From contig JBKHDT010000007.1 of NCBI GenBank assembly GCA_046541195.1, forward strand, positions 1,008-65,007: a stretch of DNA of 64,000 nucleotides, in the 5' to 3' direction. The notes beneath the pieces were generated by a model that searched no databases, had not been told where the DNA came from, and saw only the letters and a list, made by a program, of their open reading frames with translations. This document shows, one piece after another, positions 1 through 9,448 of the stretch. Numbering within the stretch: the first letter of the stretch is position 1; each line of letters starts with the position of its first letter. Both the position numbers and the translations under genes were made by a program. The DNA comes from Halothiobacillaceae bacterium. GTDB taxonomy: Bacteria; Pseudomonadota; Gammaproteobacteria; Halothiobacillales; Halothiobacillaceae.

Positions 1-366
1 GCTGGCCAGCCGATCCAGTTCATCGGGCGTGACCGTCAGCCAGAGAAAGGAAATGCTATCAAAACGCCGTACGCCTTCAGACTGCCCGGATCGCCCAAGT
101 GCTTCGAGCAGCCGTTCCTGCGTCCGGGAAACCTGGGCGCGCTGTGATCGCTTGCGCATGGTATCCAGCCGGCCCTCGGGCACAAGCTGCACGCCCGGAT
201 CGATTTTCACGAGCACGTCGACCGTACCCGCCTGCCGGGCTTCGGCATGCAGCGCCTCAAGCATCGACTGGGACCCGGCATCCGGCAGCGCGTCCGCGAC
301 AGCCGGTCCGCCGGGCATGGTCATCACGATCAGGAGGGCCAAGGGAAACAACTGTTTTACGCGCAT
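1..366 (-). CDS. Secreted protein of unknown function, 3' end cut by the window edge
   Basis: Not in the ORF track because it runs off the window. The reverse complement from ATG (364-366) reads MRVKQLFPLALLIVMTMPGGPAVADA..., a signal-peptide-like start, and I checked every codon down to base 1 without finding a stop. Its beta-alpha-beta pattern (VDVLVKI...QERLLEAL...FLWLTVTPDELDRLA) resembles the neighbouring ORF 445..858. Confidence 0.4.
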   Translation of the reverse strand, partial: MRVKQLFPLALLIVMTMPGGPAVADALPDAGSQSMLEALHAEARQAGTVDVLVKIDPGVQLVPEGRLDTMRKRSQRAQVSRTQERLLEALGRSGQSEGVRRFDSISFLWLTVTPDELDRLAS

Positions 367-444
367 CAGCGGCACCTCACCGGTGAAGGTTTCGAAAAAG
401 TCTTTTGCCCATTGTGCGGGGCGGCCTGCCCGAACCGGTGCATC

Positions 445-858
445 TCAACGGCGCTTCATGGTCGACTCGGCGCGGATGTCAGCGACCTCCGGCCGACAAG
501 CCAGCACCTTCAGGCCCTGCCTGTTCACGGCGACGAAAAGCTGGGGTACGGTCCTGGGCCGGTATCGCAAGACGTAGTCCTGGGGGTCCAGGGCCGAGAG
601 GACCTGCTCCTGAGCCTGCCGGATCGCTTCGGCTTGCGATCCGGCTCCGGTCACGACCAGGCTCACCACTACGGGCAATGGACTTTCGGATTCGATCATC
701 GTGTCGAGCTTCGCCATCCGCTCATCTGAAATGGCCTGCCTGGCACAGCTGTACTCGCCAGAATCCGGCATGGGCTGCGCCGCGGGACCGCAGCCGGACG
801 TCACGCCCAGCACACTGGCCAGCAGCAGAGACGCGCCAGTCGATGGCCTGAATGTCAT
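445..858 (-). CDS. Probable lipoprotein of unknown function
   Basis: 137-aa ORF. N-terminus LLLASVLGVTSGC is signal-peptide/lipobox-like. C-terminal module VVVSLVV...AQEQVLSAL...LFVAVNRQGLKVLACRPEVADI is reminiscent of a protease-propeptide (I9-like) fold. I recognise no definite family. Confidence 0.45.
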   Translation of the reverse strand: MTFRPSTGASLLLASVLGVTSGCGPAAQPMPDSGEYSCARQAISDERMAKLDTMIESESPLPVVVSLVVTGAGSQAEAIRQAQEQVLSALDPQDYVLRYRPRTVPQLFVAVNRQGLKVLACRPEVADIRAESTMKRR

Positions 859-914
859 GATGATTCACTCCCGGTGGTTGTGTCTGGTGGTGACCTGAGG
901 CATCCGGCCGGGGT

Positions 915-1922
915 TCAAAACCTTCGCCTCGCCAACACGATCGCCCGCCTTGGCCCCGGATAGCCCTCCACCGTGCGTGAAGCGTCCTCGGGGTCGAGGA
1001 AATCTGAAAGTGAATGACGGCCGGTCCAGCTGGTCTGCCGCTGCTCCTGCACGGTCGTCGCGGTGACGTCGACGCAGGAAATGTCGGCGAAGCCGCTGCG
1101 CCTCAACCAGGTTTCCAGCATTGGCACGGAGGGGATGAACCAGACGTTGCGCATGCAGGCATAGCGGTCTTGCGGCACCAGGCAGGTCTGGGCGTCGCCC
1201 TCGACCACCAGCGTCTCCAGAACCAGCTGTCCGTCTCGCGCCAGGCACTCGCGCAATTCGGTCAGGTGTCCGACCGGATCGCGCCGGTGATACAGCACGC
1301 CCATCGAGAATACCGTGTCGAACACCGCCAGTCGCGGCAGGTCTTCAAGCGTGGACGGCAACAACTGCAGCGGATGGTCTCCGACCAGATGCCGGATGGC
1401 GGCAAACTGCACCAGAAAAAGCGGTGTCGGATCGATCCCGACCACCCGCGCCGCCCCGGCGCCCAGCGCGCGCCACATGTGATACCCGTTACCACAGCCG
1501 ACGTCGAGCACCAGCCGGTCATCCAGGGCCTCGATGTGGGGCGCCAGCCGATCCCATTTCAGATCGGAACGCCACTCGCTGTCGACTGACACGCCAAACG
1601 TTCGAAACGGGCCCTTGCGCCAAGGCATCAGCGCACGCAGGCCCGACTCGATCCGTCCGACCAGCTCGGCAGACAGCGGCTCGGCGGCATCAACCGTGAC
1701 CCAGGGTTGATCGAGCCGTACCACGCGCTCCCCAAGCGATTCGGCCCCGGGCAGCTCCTCGACGATCCGCAACCACGCGGGCAGGTCGCCTTGCCGATAG
1801 CGGTTGAGCGACCCGATCACGTCCACCGGCAGGGCATCCTGCCAGGTCGCCAGCGGCGTGGCCGCGAGGCTGTCCCGAAACTGTCGGTACTGGCTTTGGA
1901 GTCGATTGATCATCCGCGGCAA
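915..1922 (-). CDS. cmoB: tRNA U34 carboxymethyltransferase CmoB
   Basis: 335 aa. SAM-methyltransferase motif VLDVGCGNGYH. N-terminal and C-terminal blocks (MPWRKGPF, SEWRSDLKW, GVLYHRRDP, GELVLETL-like) are typical of CmoB. Same strand as cmoA. Confidence 0.9.
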   Translation of the reverse strand: MPRMINRLQSQYRQFRDSLAATPLATWQDALPVDVIGSLNRYRQGDLPAWLRIVEELPGAESLGERVVRLDQPWVTVDAAEPLSAELVGRIESGLRALMPWRKGPFRTFGVSVDSEWRSDLKWDRLAPHIEALDDRLVLDVGCGNGYHMWRALGAGAARVVGIDPTPLFLVQFAAIRHLVGDHPLQLLPSTLEDLPRLAVFDTVFSMGVLYHRRDPVGHLTELRECLARDGQLVLETLVVEGDAQTCLVPQDRYACMRNVWFIPSVPMLETWLRRSGFADISCVDVTATTVQEQRQTSWTGRHSLSDFLDPEDASRTVEGYPGPRRAIVLARRRF

Positions 1923-2006
1923 GGCCTCCTCGTCAAGCCCCGAGCCCGGCCAACGGCGTACCTTCCGCCCCTGGCAGCCCGATCGGGGCGCCGGCCAGCC
2001 TGCGAC

Positions 2007-3005
2007 TCAGAAACGATAGCCAACCCCCGCGGCCAGGACGACTGTCCGGCTGTCATAGAAACCGATATCGGACTGCTTGCCGGTGCCCAGCGCGAACAGG
2101 TTGAACTGACCGTTCTTCCAACCCAGGGGCTCGTCCAGCGAGTATCCGGCGACCAGTCCCCAGGCGCGCTCGTCACGTCGCGCATTGAAGACCGGATTTT
2201 TCGCGTCAAAGCGACTGAAGCGGGCATAGGCGGTCAGGCTCCACTGATGCGAACGATCGCGCCAGAGCAGGTTCAGCTGGGGCCGAAGCACGTCGGCCCG
2301 CTCGGCCCGCCCCTTTGCCTGAATCCGCTCGTAGCGCATGGCCGGGCGCAGGACCAGGCTACGCCCGATTCGCCAGTGGTAATCAAGCGTTAGCTCATGG
2401 CGATTCGCATCGCGCTGCAACAGGTCCTGGTCGGCGCCAGACAGGCCGAGAAACTGCCCCGAATGCTCCCGGTCCACCACGTGCCTCAGGAAAGTGTAGT
2501 CCAGGGACCAGCGGCTGCCGCCAATATCCGACCAGCCCAGTCGCAGGCCCCGGTTGCTGGCGCGGGTCTTGTCCCGTGCCACCCCGACCACGAACGGGTC
2601 GGCCCAGAGGCTGCTCTCGAGCAACTCGTGGGGAATCACGCCGAATCGCAGCCGGGAACCGTCCGACAGCTGGTGACGGACACCGAGTTCGAGCTGAAAG
2701 GTGCCCTCACCCACTCGTTCCGGCGGGGTTCCGAAATACAGCTCGGTGCGACCGGGCGCAAGCGTGTACCGAACCATGCCGATTGCGGCCACGGCCGCCG
2801 ATCGCTCCTGTGTGCCGTTCGAGTCCAGGCTGTCCAGGACGCGATTGTCGTCACCGGTATGGGTGGCACCGCGCGTCGTCACCACAGCCGGCAACACCGA
2901 GACGAAGCCGGAAAAGCCGGTGTCCCGGCTGATGGGCGCCGCCGAAGCCACTCCGGCAAGGAGCGCAGACAGCAGCGCAAGCGTGCAGAGAAGAACCCGT
3001 TTCAT
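2007..3005 (-). CDS. Outer-membrane beta-barrel protein, family uncertain
   Basis: 332 aa. Cleavable signal peptide MKRVLLCTLALLSALLAGVASA. Alternating amphipathic strand pattern. Terminal ...AAGVGYRF with the aromatic last residue typical of OMPs. Confidence 0.7.
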   Translation of the reverse strand: MKRVLLCTLALLSALLAGVASAAPISRDTGFSGFVSVLPAVVTTRGATHTGDDNRVLDSLDSNGTQERSAAVAAIGMVRYTLAPGRTELYFGTPPERVGEGTFQLELGVRHQLSDGSRLRFGVIPHELLESSLWADPFVVGVARDKTRASNRGLRLGWSDIGGSRWSLDYTFLRHVVDREHSGQFLGLSGADQDLLQRDANRHELTLDYHWRIGRSLVLRPAMRYERIQAKGRAERADVLRPQLNLLWRDRSHQWSLTAYARFSRFDAKNPVFNARRDERAWGLVAGYSLDEPLGWKNGQFNLFALGTGKQSDIGFYDSRTVVLAAGVGYRF

Positions 3006-3092
3006 GAAGTCAGTACCGTGAGGTGAGCCTGACCAGATGATAAGCGTCCTGCCGGTCGCGGCACAGCCACGCGCCGGGTGCGGGATTTGTGC

Positions 3093-3824
3093 TCATTGCT
3101 TGCGCGCCAACAGGGCCGCGAAATTGTAATGCTGGCAAAGCACCGCCCGCTCCGCAAAGCCGGCGCGGGCCAGGCGCTGGTCATGGGCGCTCAGGGTGTC
3201 GGTCACGAGCACGTTTTCCAGGGCCTGCCGTTTCTGGCTGATCTCAAGCTCGGAATACCCCTGGTCACGCTTGAAATCCAGATGCACCTGCTGAATCAGC
3301 GATTCCATGCCCGGCTGGTCGTGGTGTACCTTTTCCGCCAGCACGAGGGCGCCGCCCGGCAACAGTCCGGCATGGACCCGGGCCAGGATCGCGGCACGCT
3401 CGGCGCGCGGCAGGAACTGCAACGTGAAGTTCATCACGACCAGGGAAGCATTTTCGATCGCCACATCGCGCAGGTCCGCCAGTTCCAGCCGCACCGGAAC
3501 CGGTGAGCGAAAGGCAGCGACGTGTCCCCGGGCGCGGTCGATCATGGCCTGGGAATTGTCCACCGCAATGCATTCGACCCCGCGCTGCTCGATGCCGGCC
3601 CGCAGCGCCAGCGTCGCCGCGCCCAGCGAACAACCCAGGTCGTAGACCCGGCTGTCCGGCTGGACCAGCCGGCGGGCCAGCCGGGTCAGGGTCTCCAGCA
3701 CAAAGGCATAACCGGGAACCGAGCGGCTGATCATGTCCGGGAACACCTCGGCCACCCGCTCGTCGAATCGAAAGGAAGCCGGTTCGGCACCCGGTTCCGC
3801 GAAGATCCGGTCGCGCTCGGTCAT
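3093..3824 (-). CDS. cmoA: Carboxy-S-adenosyl-L-methionine synthase CmoA
   Basis: 243 aa. FDERVAEVFPDMISRSVPGY and SAM-binding YDLGCSLGAAT blocks are characteristic of CmoA. The start overlaps the selU stop (ATGA at 3821-3824). Confidence 0.9.
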   Translation of the reverse strand: MTERDRIFAEPGAEPASFRFDERVAEVFPDMISRSVPGYAFVLETLTRLARRLVQPDSRVYDLGCSLGAATLALRAGIEQRGVECIAVDNSQAMIDRARGHVAAFRSPVPVRLELADLRDVAIENASLVVMNFTLQFLPRAERAAILARVHAGLLPGGALVLAEKVHHDQPGMESLIQQVHLDFKRDQGYSELEISQKRQALENVLVTDTLSAHDQRLARAGFAERAVLCQHYNFAALLARKQ

Positions 3825-4939
3825 GGGCGCAGCGCCAGGCCCCGCTGGATCAGGAAGGCCGTCACCTGCTCGGGGTCGCCGCGAAAGACGATCCGGGAAC
3901 GCTTTCGATCAATCTGGTAGTCGTACATCGGGTCGTAGTAGTCGCGCAACAACCCGGCGATGAACAGGCGCAAACCCGCGTCATCGCGCTGCTGCAGCCA
4001 GGCGGACAGGGCTTCCTCGAACAGCCCCAGATACTGCCGGTGCCGGACGCCCCCCAGGCGGCGCTGCAGTCGGGTCAGCGCGTTGCGCAGGTGCGCCGCG
4101 AACGCCTCGTCGGCCTCCGCGGTCGGCAGCATCGACCGGTATTCGGCCTGCAGGTCAAGGACGTAATCCTTGAGTCCCTGCTCGACCCGCTCATCCATGC
4201 CGGTTTCGACCAGCACCAGGGCCGCCTTGCTCATGCCCGCGAACAGCGTCAGGGGAATCTCGCGGCTGCCGATAGCGCGGCCCTCGTCCTCCAGCAGCAC
4301 CGGCAACGTTCGGCTGACGGCCCGCTGGCGCAGCAGCTCGATGCTCAGGGTGTTCTCGATGTCGATCTGTGCAGGCTGGGGGCGTGCACGCTTGCCGAAG
4401 GCCGAGCCCCGGTGTGCTGCGATGCCCTCAAGGTCCACGGCCCGGTCGAAGCGGTTGAGCAGGTCGGTCTTGCCCACGCCGGTGCGGCCGCCCAGCAGCA
4501 TCAGAGGCTGTTCCCGGCCGATCAGCTCCAGGTTGCCGATCAGGAACCGGCGCATGGCCTTGTATCCTCCCCGGACCCGCGGCGCGACCACCCCGGCGTC
4601 CGCCAGCATCTGCTGGGTCAGACGCGAACGCAGGCCACCACGAAAACAGTACAACACGCCGTGCGGATGACGCGCGAAAAACTCCTGCCAGAGCGCGACC
4701 CGTCGCTGCTTTTCCTGCTCGTCGACCAACCGGTAGCCCAACGCGATGGCGGCTTCCTGCCCCTGCTCCTTGTAGCGGATACCGACCTGCCGGCGCTCCT
4801 CGTCGTTCAGCAGCGGGCGGTTTTCCGCCCCCGGGAACGCACCCTGGGCGAACTCGACCGGCGCACGCACATCCAGCAGCGGGACCGACTCAACAAACAG
4901 TCTTTCAAAATCACCGACCTGTTCCAAGGCCCCGTTCAC
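3821..4939 (-). CDS. selU: tRNA 2-selenouridine (geranyl-2-thiouridine) synthase SelU/MnmH
   Basis: 372 aa. N-terminal rhodanese domain with active-site loop YCFRGGLRS, then P-loop GGRTGVGKT, the hallmark SelU/YbbB architecture. GTG start overlaps the selD stop (GTGA at 4936-4939). Confidence 0.9.
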   Translation of the reverse strand: MNGALEQVGDFERLFVESVPLLDVRAPVEFAQGAFPGAENRPLLNDEERRQVGIRYKEQGQEAAIALGYRLVDEQEKQRRVALWQEFFARHPHGVLYCFRGGLRSRLTQQMLADAGVVAPRVRGGYKAMRRFLIGNLELIGREQPLMLLGGRTGVGKTDLLNRFDRAVDLEGIAAHRGSAFGKRARPQPAQIDIENTLSIELLRQRAVSRTLPVLLEDEGRAIGSREIPLTLFAGMSKAALVLVETGMDERVEQGLKDYVLDLQAEYRSMLPTAEADEAFAAHLRNALTRLQRRLGGVRHRQYLGLFEEALSAWLQQRDDAGLRLFIAGLLRDYYDPMYDYQIDRKRSRIVFRGDPEQVTAFLIQRGLALRP

Positions 4940-5994
4940 CGCACGATCTCCAGCTCAGCCCCGGGCGCATCCGCCGGGCGCATCTGGCCGATCGGCCGAT
5001 CATGAAGCCCTTCCTCGCGCAGCAGCGCCGCGACCGCCTCGGCGCCCTCCGGCGCCACCGCCACCAACAGCCCGCCGGAGGTCTGCGGATCGCACAGCAG
5101 GGCCTTTTCCCGCGCATCCACCGCCGCCATCCGGTGCCCGTAGCTGGCGTGGTTTCGCTCCGTGCCGCCCGGCACCGCGCCACGGGCGAGATATTCCTCG
5201 ACGGCGGGCAGCACCGGCACGGCATCCAGGTCGACCGCGGCGCGCAGGCCGCTGCCGGCGCACATCTCGAGCAGGTGGCCCGCCAGACCGAATCCGGTGA
5301 CGTCGGTCATCGCCTGGACCTGCGGCAGGGCCGAAAGTCGCGTACCAACCCGGTTGAGCCGGCACATCCACTGAGCGGCGACGCCGGCGTGCTCCGGTGC
5401 CAGGATCTTGGACTTCTGTGCCGTGGTGAGAATCCCGATGCCCAGCGGCTTGGTCAGGAACAGCTGGGCCCCGGCACGGGCGGTGTCGTTGCGGCGCAGG
5501 CGCTCGCGGGTCACCCGGCCGGTGACCGCCAGGCCGAATATCGGCTCGGGTGCGTCGATGCTGTGCCCGCCGGCAATGACAATCCCCGCGTCGCGGCAGG
5601 CCTGGCGACCGCCATCAATCACCTCGGCGGCGATCTCCGGACCAAGCCGGTCTATCGGCCAGCCGAGTATGGCAATGGCAACCAGCGGGGAGCCGCCCAT
5701 GGCATAGATGTCGCTTAGCGCGTTGGTCGCGGCAATTCGGCCGAAGGTGAAGGGGTCATCCACGATCGGCATGAAGAAGTCCGTGGTGCTGATGATCCCG
5801 GTGCCGTCATCCAGGTCATAGACGGCCGCATCGTCACGACTGTCGTTGCCCACCCACAGCCGCCTGTCATGCTCCAGCGGGGGCAGGGCGGTACGCAGCA
5901 TTTCATCGAGCAGCGCCGGGGCGATCTTGCAGCCGCAACCGGCCCCGTGGCTGTATTCGGTCAGTTTAATGGGTTCTTTCATGAAACCGGGCAA
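4936..5994 (-). CDS. selD: Selenide, water dikinase SelD (Cys-type)
   Basis: 352 aa. N-terminal [14 protein letters not shown] glycine-rich loop with Cys, not Sec, plus an AIR-synthase-like body. Start is TTG at 5994 or ATG at 5982 (MKEPIKL...). Lies 10 nt downstream of the coaBC stop. Confidence 0.92.
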   Translation of the reverse strand: MPGFMKEPIKLTEYSHGAGCGCKIAPALLDEMLRTALPPLEHDRRLWVGNDSRDDAAVYDLDDGTGIISTTDFFMPIVDDPFTFGRIAATNALSDIYAMGGSPLVAIAILGWPIDRLGPEIAAEVIDGGRQACRDAGIVIAGGHSIDAPEPIFGLAVTGRVTRERLRRNDTARAGAQLFLTKPLGIGILTTAQKSKILAPEHAGVAAQWMCRLNRVGTRLSALPQVQAMTDVTGFGLAGHLLEMCAGSGLRAAVDLDAVPVLPAVEEYLARGAVPGGTERNHASYGHRMAAVDAREKALLCDPQTSGGLLVAVAPEGAEAVAALLREEGLHDRPIGQMRPADAPGAELEIVR

Positions 5995-6004
5995 GGCCTT
6001 GAAT

Positions 6005-7324
6005 TCAATCGTTCTCGTCTGTCATCGGGCTGCGCGGCCCTGTCGGTGCCGTGCGGGCAGTGGCGGGCTGCCGGTCCGGATTTGACGCGCCCTCGCTGAA
6101 AAGCCGCTCGGCCACCAGCGCGATCACGGCACGTGCCAGCGTGGTCTTGTCGGTGCGGGGCAGTACCCGCTCCCCCCCTGGCCAGAGTACCAGCAGCGCG
6201 TTGTCCTCGCGGTCGAAACCCTGGCCGTTGGCCACGTCGTTGGCGCAAATCATGTCCAGCCCCTTGCGCTCAAGCTTCGAGCGGGCATTGGCCCGCAGGT
6301 TGTCCGTTTCCGCGGCGAAGCCGACCACGAAGGGGCGCGGTGATCCGGCAGCCACCTGCGACAGGATATCCGGGTTCTCGACCAGCGAGAGCGTCATCCC
6401 GGCACCGGTCTTCTTGATTTTCCGTTCACTTGGCTGCGCGACCCGGTAATCCGCCACCGCCGCGGCGCCGATGAACAGATCCGCCGGCAGGGCCGCCTCA
6501 ACCGCCCGGGCCATCTGCTTGGCCGTTTCCACATCCACGCGCCGGACCCCGTCGGGCACCGGCAGGCGGGTCGGGCCACTGACGAGGGTGACCCGGGCAC
6601 CGGCTTCGGCGGCGGCTGCGGCCAGGGCATGACCCATGCGGCCCGACGAGCGATTGGCAATGTAGCGCACCGGGTCGATCGGCTCGCGGGTTCCCCCGGC
6701 AGTCACCAGCACGTTCCGCCCGGCCAGCGCACCTGCCGGGCGATCGGGGCGGTCGGCCGATTCGGTCGCCTCCGGCGTGGCCAGGCGCTTGACCAGGGCC
6801 TCGAGGATTTCCTCGGGTTCGGACATGCGCCCATCGCCGGTTTCGCCGCAGGCCTGCGCACCCGTGCCGGGCCCGATGATCCCGACACCCCGGCTGCGCA
6901 GGCTGTCGACGTTGTCCCGAACCGCCGGATGCGCCCACATGACGCGGTTCATGGCCGGCGCGACCAGCACCGGCGCCTCGGTGGCGAGCACCAGGGTGGT
7001 CAGCAGATCATCCGCCATGCCCGCGGCCAGTCGGGCCATCGTGCCCGCCGTGGCCGGGGCGATCAGCAGCGCGTCGGCCCAGCGCGCCAGCTCGATATGA
7101 CTCATGCCCGCCTCGGCAGCCTCGTCGAAAAGCGCCACGCGCACCGGCGCACCGGAGAGTGCCTGGAAGGTCAGCGGGGAGACAAACCGCGTCGCCGATT
7201 CGGTCATCACCACCCGGACCGAGGCCCCGGCGTCCCGAAGCTGGCGCAGCAGTATGCAGGACTTGTACGCGGCAATGCCGCCGCAAATCCCGAGGATGAC
7301 CTGTCGACCGGAAAGATTCATCAT
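6005..7324 (-). CDS. coaBC: Bifunctional phosphopantothenoylcysteine decarboxylase / phosphopantothenate-cysteine ligase
   Basis: 439 aa. Flavoprotein N-domain [14 protein letters not shown]...TFQALSG and a C-terminal CoaB ligase domain ([25 protein letters not shown]). About 30 aa of low-complexity C-terminal tail. Confidence 0.93.
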   Translation of the reverse strand: MMNLSGRQVILGICGGIAAYKSCILLRQLRDAGASVRVVMTESATRFVSPLTFQALSGAPVRVALFDEAAEAGMSHIELARWADALLIAPATAGTMARLAAGMADDLLTTLVLATEAPVLVAPAMNRVMWAHPAVRDNVDSLRSRGVGIIGPGTGAQACGETGDGRMSEPEEILEALVKRLATPEATESADRPDRPAGALAGRNVLVTAGGTREPIDPVRYIANRSSGRMGHALAAAAAEAGARVTLVSGPTRLPVPDGVRRVDVETAKQMARAVEAALPADLFIGAAAVADYRVAQPSERKIKKTGAGMTLSLVENPDILSQVAAGSPRPFVVGFAAETDNLRANARSKLERKGLDMICANDVANGQGFDREDNALLVLWPGGERVLPRTDKTTLARAVIALVAERLFSEGASNPDRQPATARTAPTGPRSPMTDEND

Positions 7325-7379
7325 GGCATTTTAGCCTATTCCATGCGAATGCCGCCGGCATCCGGACCACCACCAGACC

Positions 7380-7931
7380 ATGAACGCCCAACCTGAACAG
7401 CCAGTCCCCCCCAAACGACGACGCCTGCCGCGATGGCTGCGCTGGAGCCTGGATATCGCGCTGATTGTCGGCGTATTCCTGATCGTCCGCGCCTGGATGA
7501 GTCCGGCGGTCAGCGAGGGACCCGCCCCGCCACTTTCCGGCCTTGATCTGCAAGGCGCTCCGGTTTCGCTGTCCGAGTACCGGGGCGCGCCGCTGCTGGT
7601 CGTCTTCTGGGCGGAATGGTGCCGGATCTGCCGTCTGGAAATGCCCATGATCAGGCGCGTGGCAGAAGACTGGCCGGTACTGACCGTCGCCATGCAGTCC
7701 GGAGACCAGGGCACCGTGCGTCGGTTCGTCGCCGAATCAGGCTGGGAAGACCTGCGGGTGCTCAATGACCCGGATGCCAGCCAGGCACGCCAGTGGGGCG
7801 TCAAGGGCGTACCCGTGATGTATGTGCTCGACGGCGCCGGGCAGATCCGTTTCGTGGAGACCGGGCTGACCACCAGCTGGGGGCTGCGCGCACGCCTGTG
7901 GTGGGCCGCCCGTCACTCAAGCGCCGAATGA
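7380..7931 (+). CDS. Membrane-anchored thioredoxin-fold thiol:disulfide oxidoreductase (TlpA/ResA-like)
   Basis: 183 aa. One N-terminal TM helix (WSLDIALIVGVFLIV). Thioredoxin fold with a WCRIC CxxC motif and a downstream GVKGVP cis-Pro loop. Confidence 0.75.
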   Translation: MNAQPEQPVPPKRRRLPRWLRWSLDIALIVGVFLIVRAWMSPAVSEGPAPPLSGLDLQGAPVSLSEYRGAPLLVVFWAEWCRICRLEMPMIRRVAEDWPVLTVAMQSGDQGTVRRFVAESGWEDLRVLNDPDASQARQWGVKGVPVMYVLDGAGQIRFVETGLTTSWGLRARLWWAARHSSAE

Positions 7932-8297
7932 ACTTCTGATCCTCGGAACAGACCGGGCCGGCGCCCGGACGCGACGGGCCGGATCACCGGTACCCGGTCA
8001 GACCCGGCCTGAGGCGGCGGCCTGCCGGCCAGGCCCGGTGGCCCGGCCCCGAATGAACGTCTGCAATGAATGCAGACCGGCTCTTTGAGGGCATCCATGC
8101 CCTCGCGCACCCCGGCGCAAGTCAGTCGATCGCACCGCTCGGGCCGGGCATGAACGCACATCCGGCGAGGCCCGTCGGCCCAGGCGTTGCCGCGCGAGGC
8201 CATGAACGACTTCCTGCAGGGTTTTGCCAATCGACAAGGCCGGAATGAATGCATCGGGGGCTTTTGCCCTCAACCAGTCCGGCAGGCGTCAACCGCG
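7927..8297. repeat. Cluster of degenerate REP-like imperfect palindromes sharing an ATGAAYG / CATCCATG core
   Basis: Non-coding gap. The AATGAAC/CATGAACG/AATGAATG core occurs at about 7927, 8052, 8149, 8201 and 8244. Palindromes: CTGCAATGAATGCAG (8061-8075) and GAGGGCATCCATGCCCTC (8087-8104, 8-bp arms). A related hairpin, GCCCGC-TGCATGAACG-GCGGGC, lies at 31099-31120. Confidence 0.45.
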
Positions 8298-9143
8298 TCA
8301 GGGTGCCCCGCCCTCGGTACGCGACGCCCTGTGGCCAGCCTCCGTGTCCACCGACACGGGCGCCGGATCCGAGCGGAAAATCACGATGCCTCGCTGGAAG
8401 ATCCAGGCCCCCGTGAAAGCCAGCAGCCCCAGCGCGATAAGAAACAGCGAGCCATGCACGTAACCCAGCATTGCCAGGGCGGCCCCGACAAAGCCGACAT
8501 GCCGGGCCATCACGGCGGCCAGACCCTCGACCCGCACGCCCAGCGCGCTGAGCGCACCGAGCTCCAGGGTCAGCACCAGCATGAGCACCAGCGGGAAGGT
8601 TGCGTAGTCGGGCCAGACCACCGCCGCCAGACCCAGCGCGAGGGTGACCGCGAGAATCACCCATTGCACACGCTGCTGCATGGGCGTGGGCACCGACTCG
8701 GGCAGGTGGTCAGTCAGGCGCAGCCAGACCATCAGCCCGGACGCGAAGGTCCACACGCCGAGGACCAGTCCAAGCACCGAGCTCAGGCGCGTGTCCCAGC
8801 CCTCGTTCGCCGCGTCGCCCTCGACCAGCCCCACCAGGCCCAGAAGCGCGATCGCAAGGCCCAGGCTTGCATTGATGAGCGCCACACCCGAGAGCACGCC
8901 GCGACGCCGGCCCGAAAACCACGGCGCCAGGGCCACACCCAGGACCACCATCGAAACGACCAGCAACGCATTGCGAAAGTCGTGGTGCCAGAGCACGGCG
9001 CCGACCATGCCGAGCATCGCGCCGAGCATCAGCAGCAGGCCGCCCATGCCGCCGCCGTGACGCTTGAGCAGGAACAGGCCGCCGAGCACGGCGACCAGGC
9101 CGAACCATCCGAACAGGTCGAAGGCATTCATCTGCGGGGTCAT
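8298..9143 (-). CDS. Polytopic inner-membrane protein, unknown function (about 9 TM)
   Basis: 281 aa made almost entirely of hydrophobic helices about 20 residues long, separated by short charged loops. Its start overlaps the upstream ORF's stop (ATGA at 9140-9143). No family recognised. Confidence 0.6.
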   Translation of the reverse strand: MTPQMNAFDLFGWFGLVAVLGGLFLLKRHGGGMGGLLLMLGAMLGMVGAVLWHHDFRNALLVVSMVVLGVALAPWFSGRRRGVLSGVALINASLGLAIALLGLVGLVEGDAANEGWDTRLSSVLGLVLGVWTFASGLMVWLRLTDHLPESVPTPMQQRVQWVILAVTLALGLAAVVWPDYATFPLVLMLVLTLELGALSALGVRVEGLAAVMARHVGFVGAALAMLGYVHGSLFLIALGLLAFTGAWIFQRGIVIFRSDPAPVSVDTEAGHRASRTEGGAP

Positions 9144-9448
9144 GCGGCCTCCTCATCTTCGCCGGTGCCGGCGCCGGGCCGACGGTCTGCCTCCATTTCG
9201 CGCCAGAGCAACACGAAAGCCGCCGTGGCCCCCTGCGCGCCGAACAGGACCGCCAGTGCCGCCAGCACCTGTCCGAATACGCCTTCGGCAGTGGCCAGGC
9301 CGTGCACCCCGGCCACCAGAACAAAGCTGGCCAGCACCGCGGAGACCAGGACGATCCGCGCCTTGCGCGGCCGGGCCCAGTGCTGAAAGAGCACCAACCC
9401 CAGGCTGGCCGCGAGCACGATCACGTACAAAGCGTTCGTCAGTTCCAT
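9140..9448 (-). CDS. Small membrane protein, unknown function (about 3 TM)
   Basis: The track ORF runs 9140..9493. The internal ATG at 9448 (MELTNALYVIVLAASLG...) starts directly at the first TM helix, with GAG-rich sequence upstream. Acidic C-terminal tail. Translationally coupled to 8298..9143. Confidence 0.5.
   Translation of the reverse strand: MELTNALYVIVLAASLGLVLFQHWARPRKARIVLVSAVLASFVLVAGVHGLATAEGVFGQVLAALAVLFGAQGATAAFVLLWREMEADRRPGAGTGEDEEAA

Noticed and set aside
4936-5994. Possible selenocysteine (UGA) recoding in selD or its neighbours, given the selenium genes.
   Set aside because: SelD has Cys in the GAGCGCK loop and its ORF is uninterrupted. No in-frame TGA with a downstream SECIS-like hairpin was noticed in the flanking genes, and selA/selB are not in the window.
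8187-9386. 399-aa plus-strand ORF rich in His/Gln/Arg/Asp, overlapping the two membrane-protein genes.
   Set aside because: The composition is that of an antisense read of Leu/Ala/Val/Gly-rich TM helices. The minus-strand frames give regular helices about 20 residues long and a coupled ATGA junction, which is far more gene-like.
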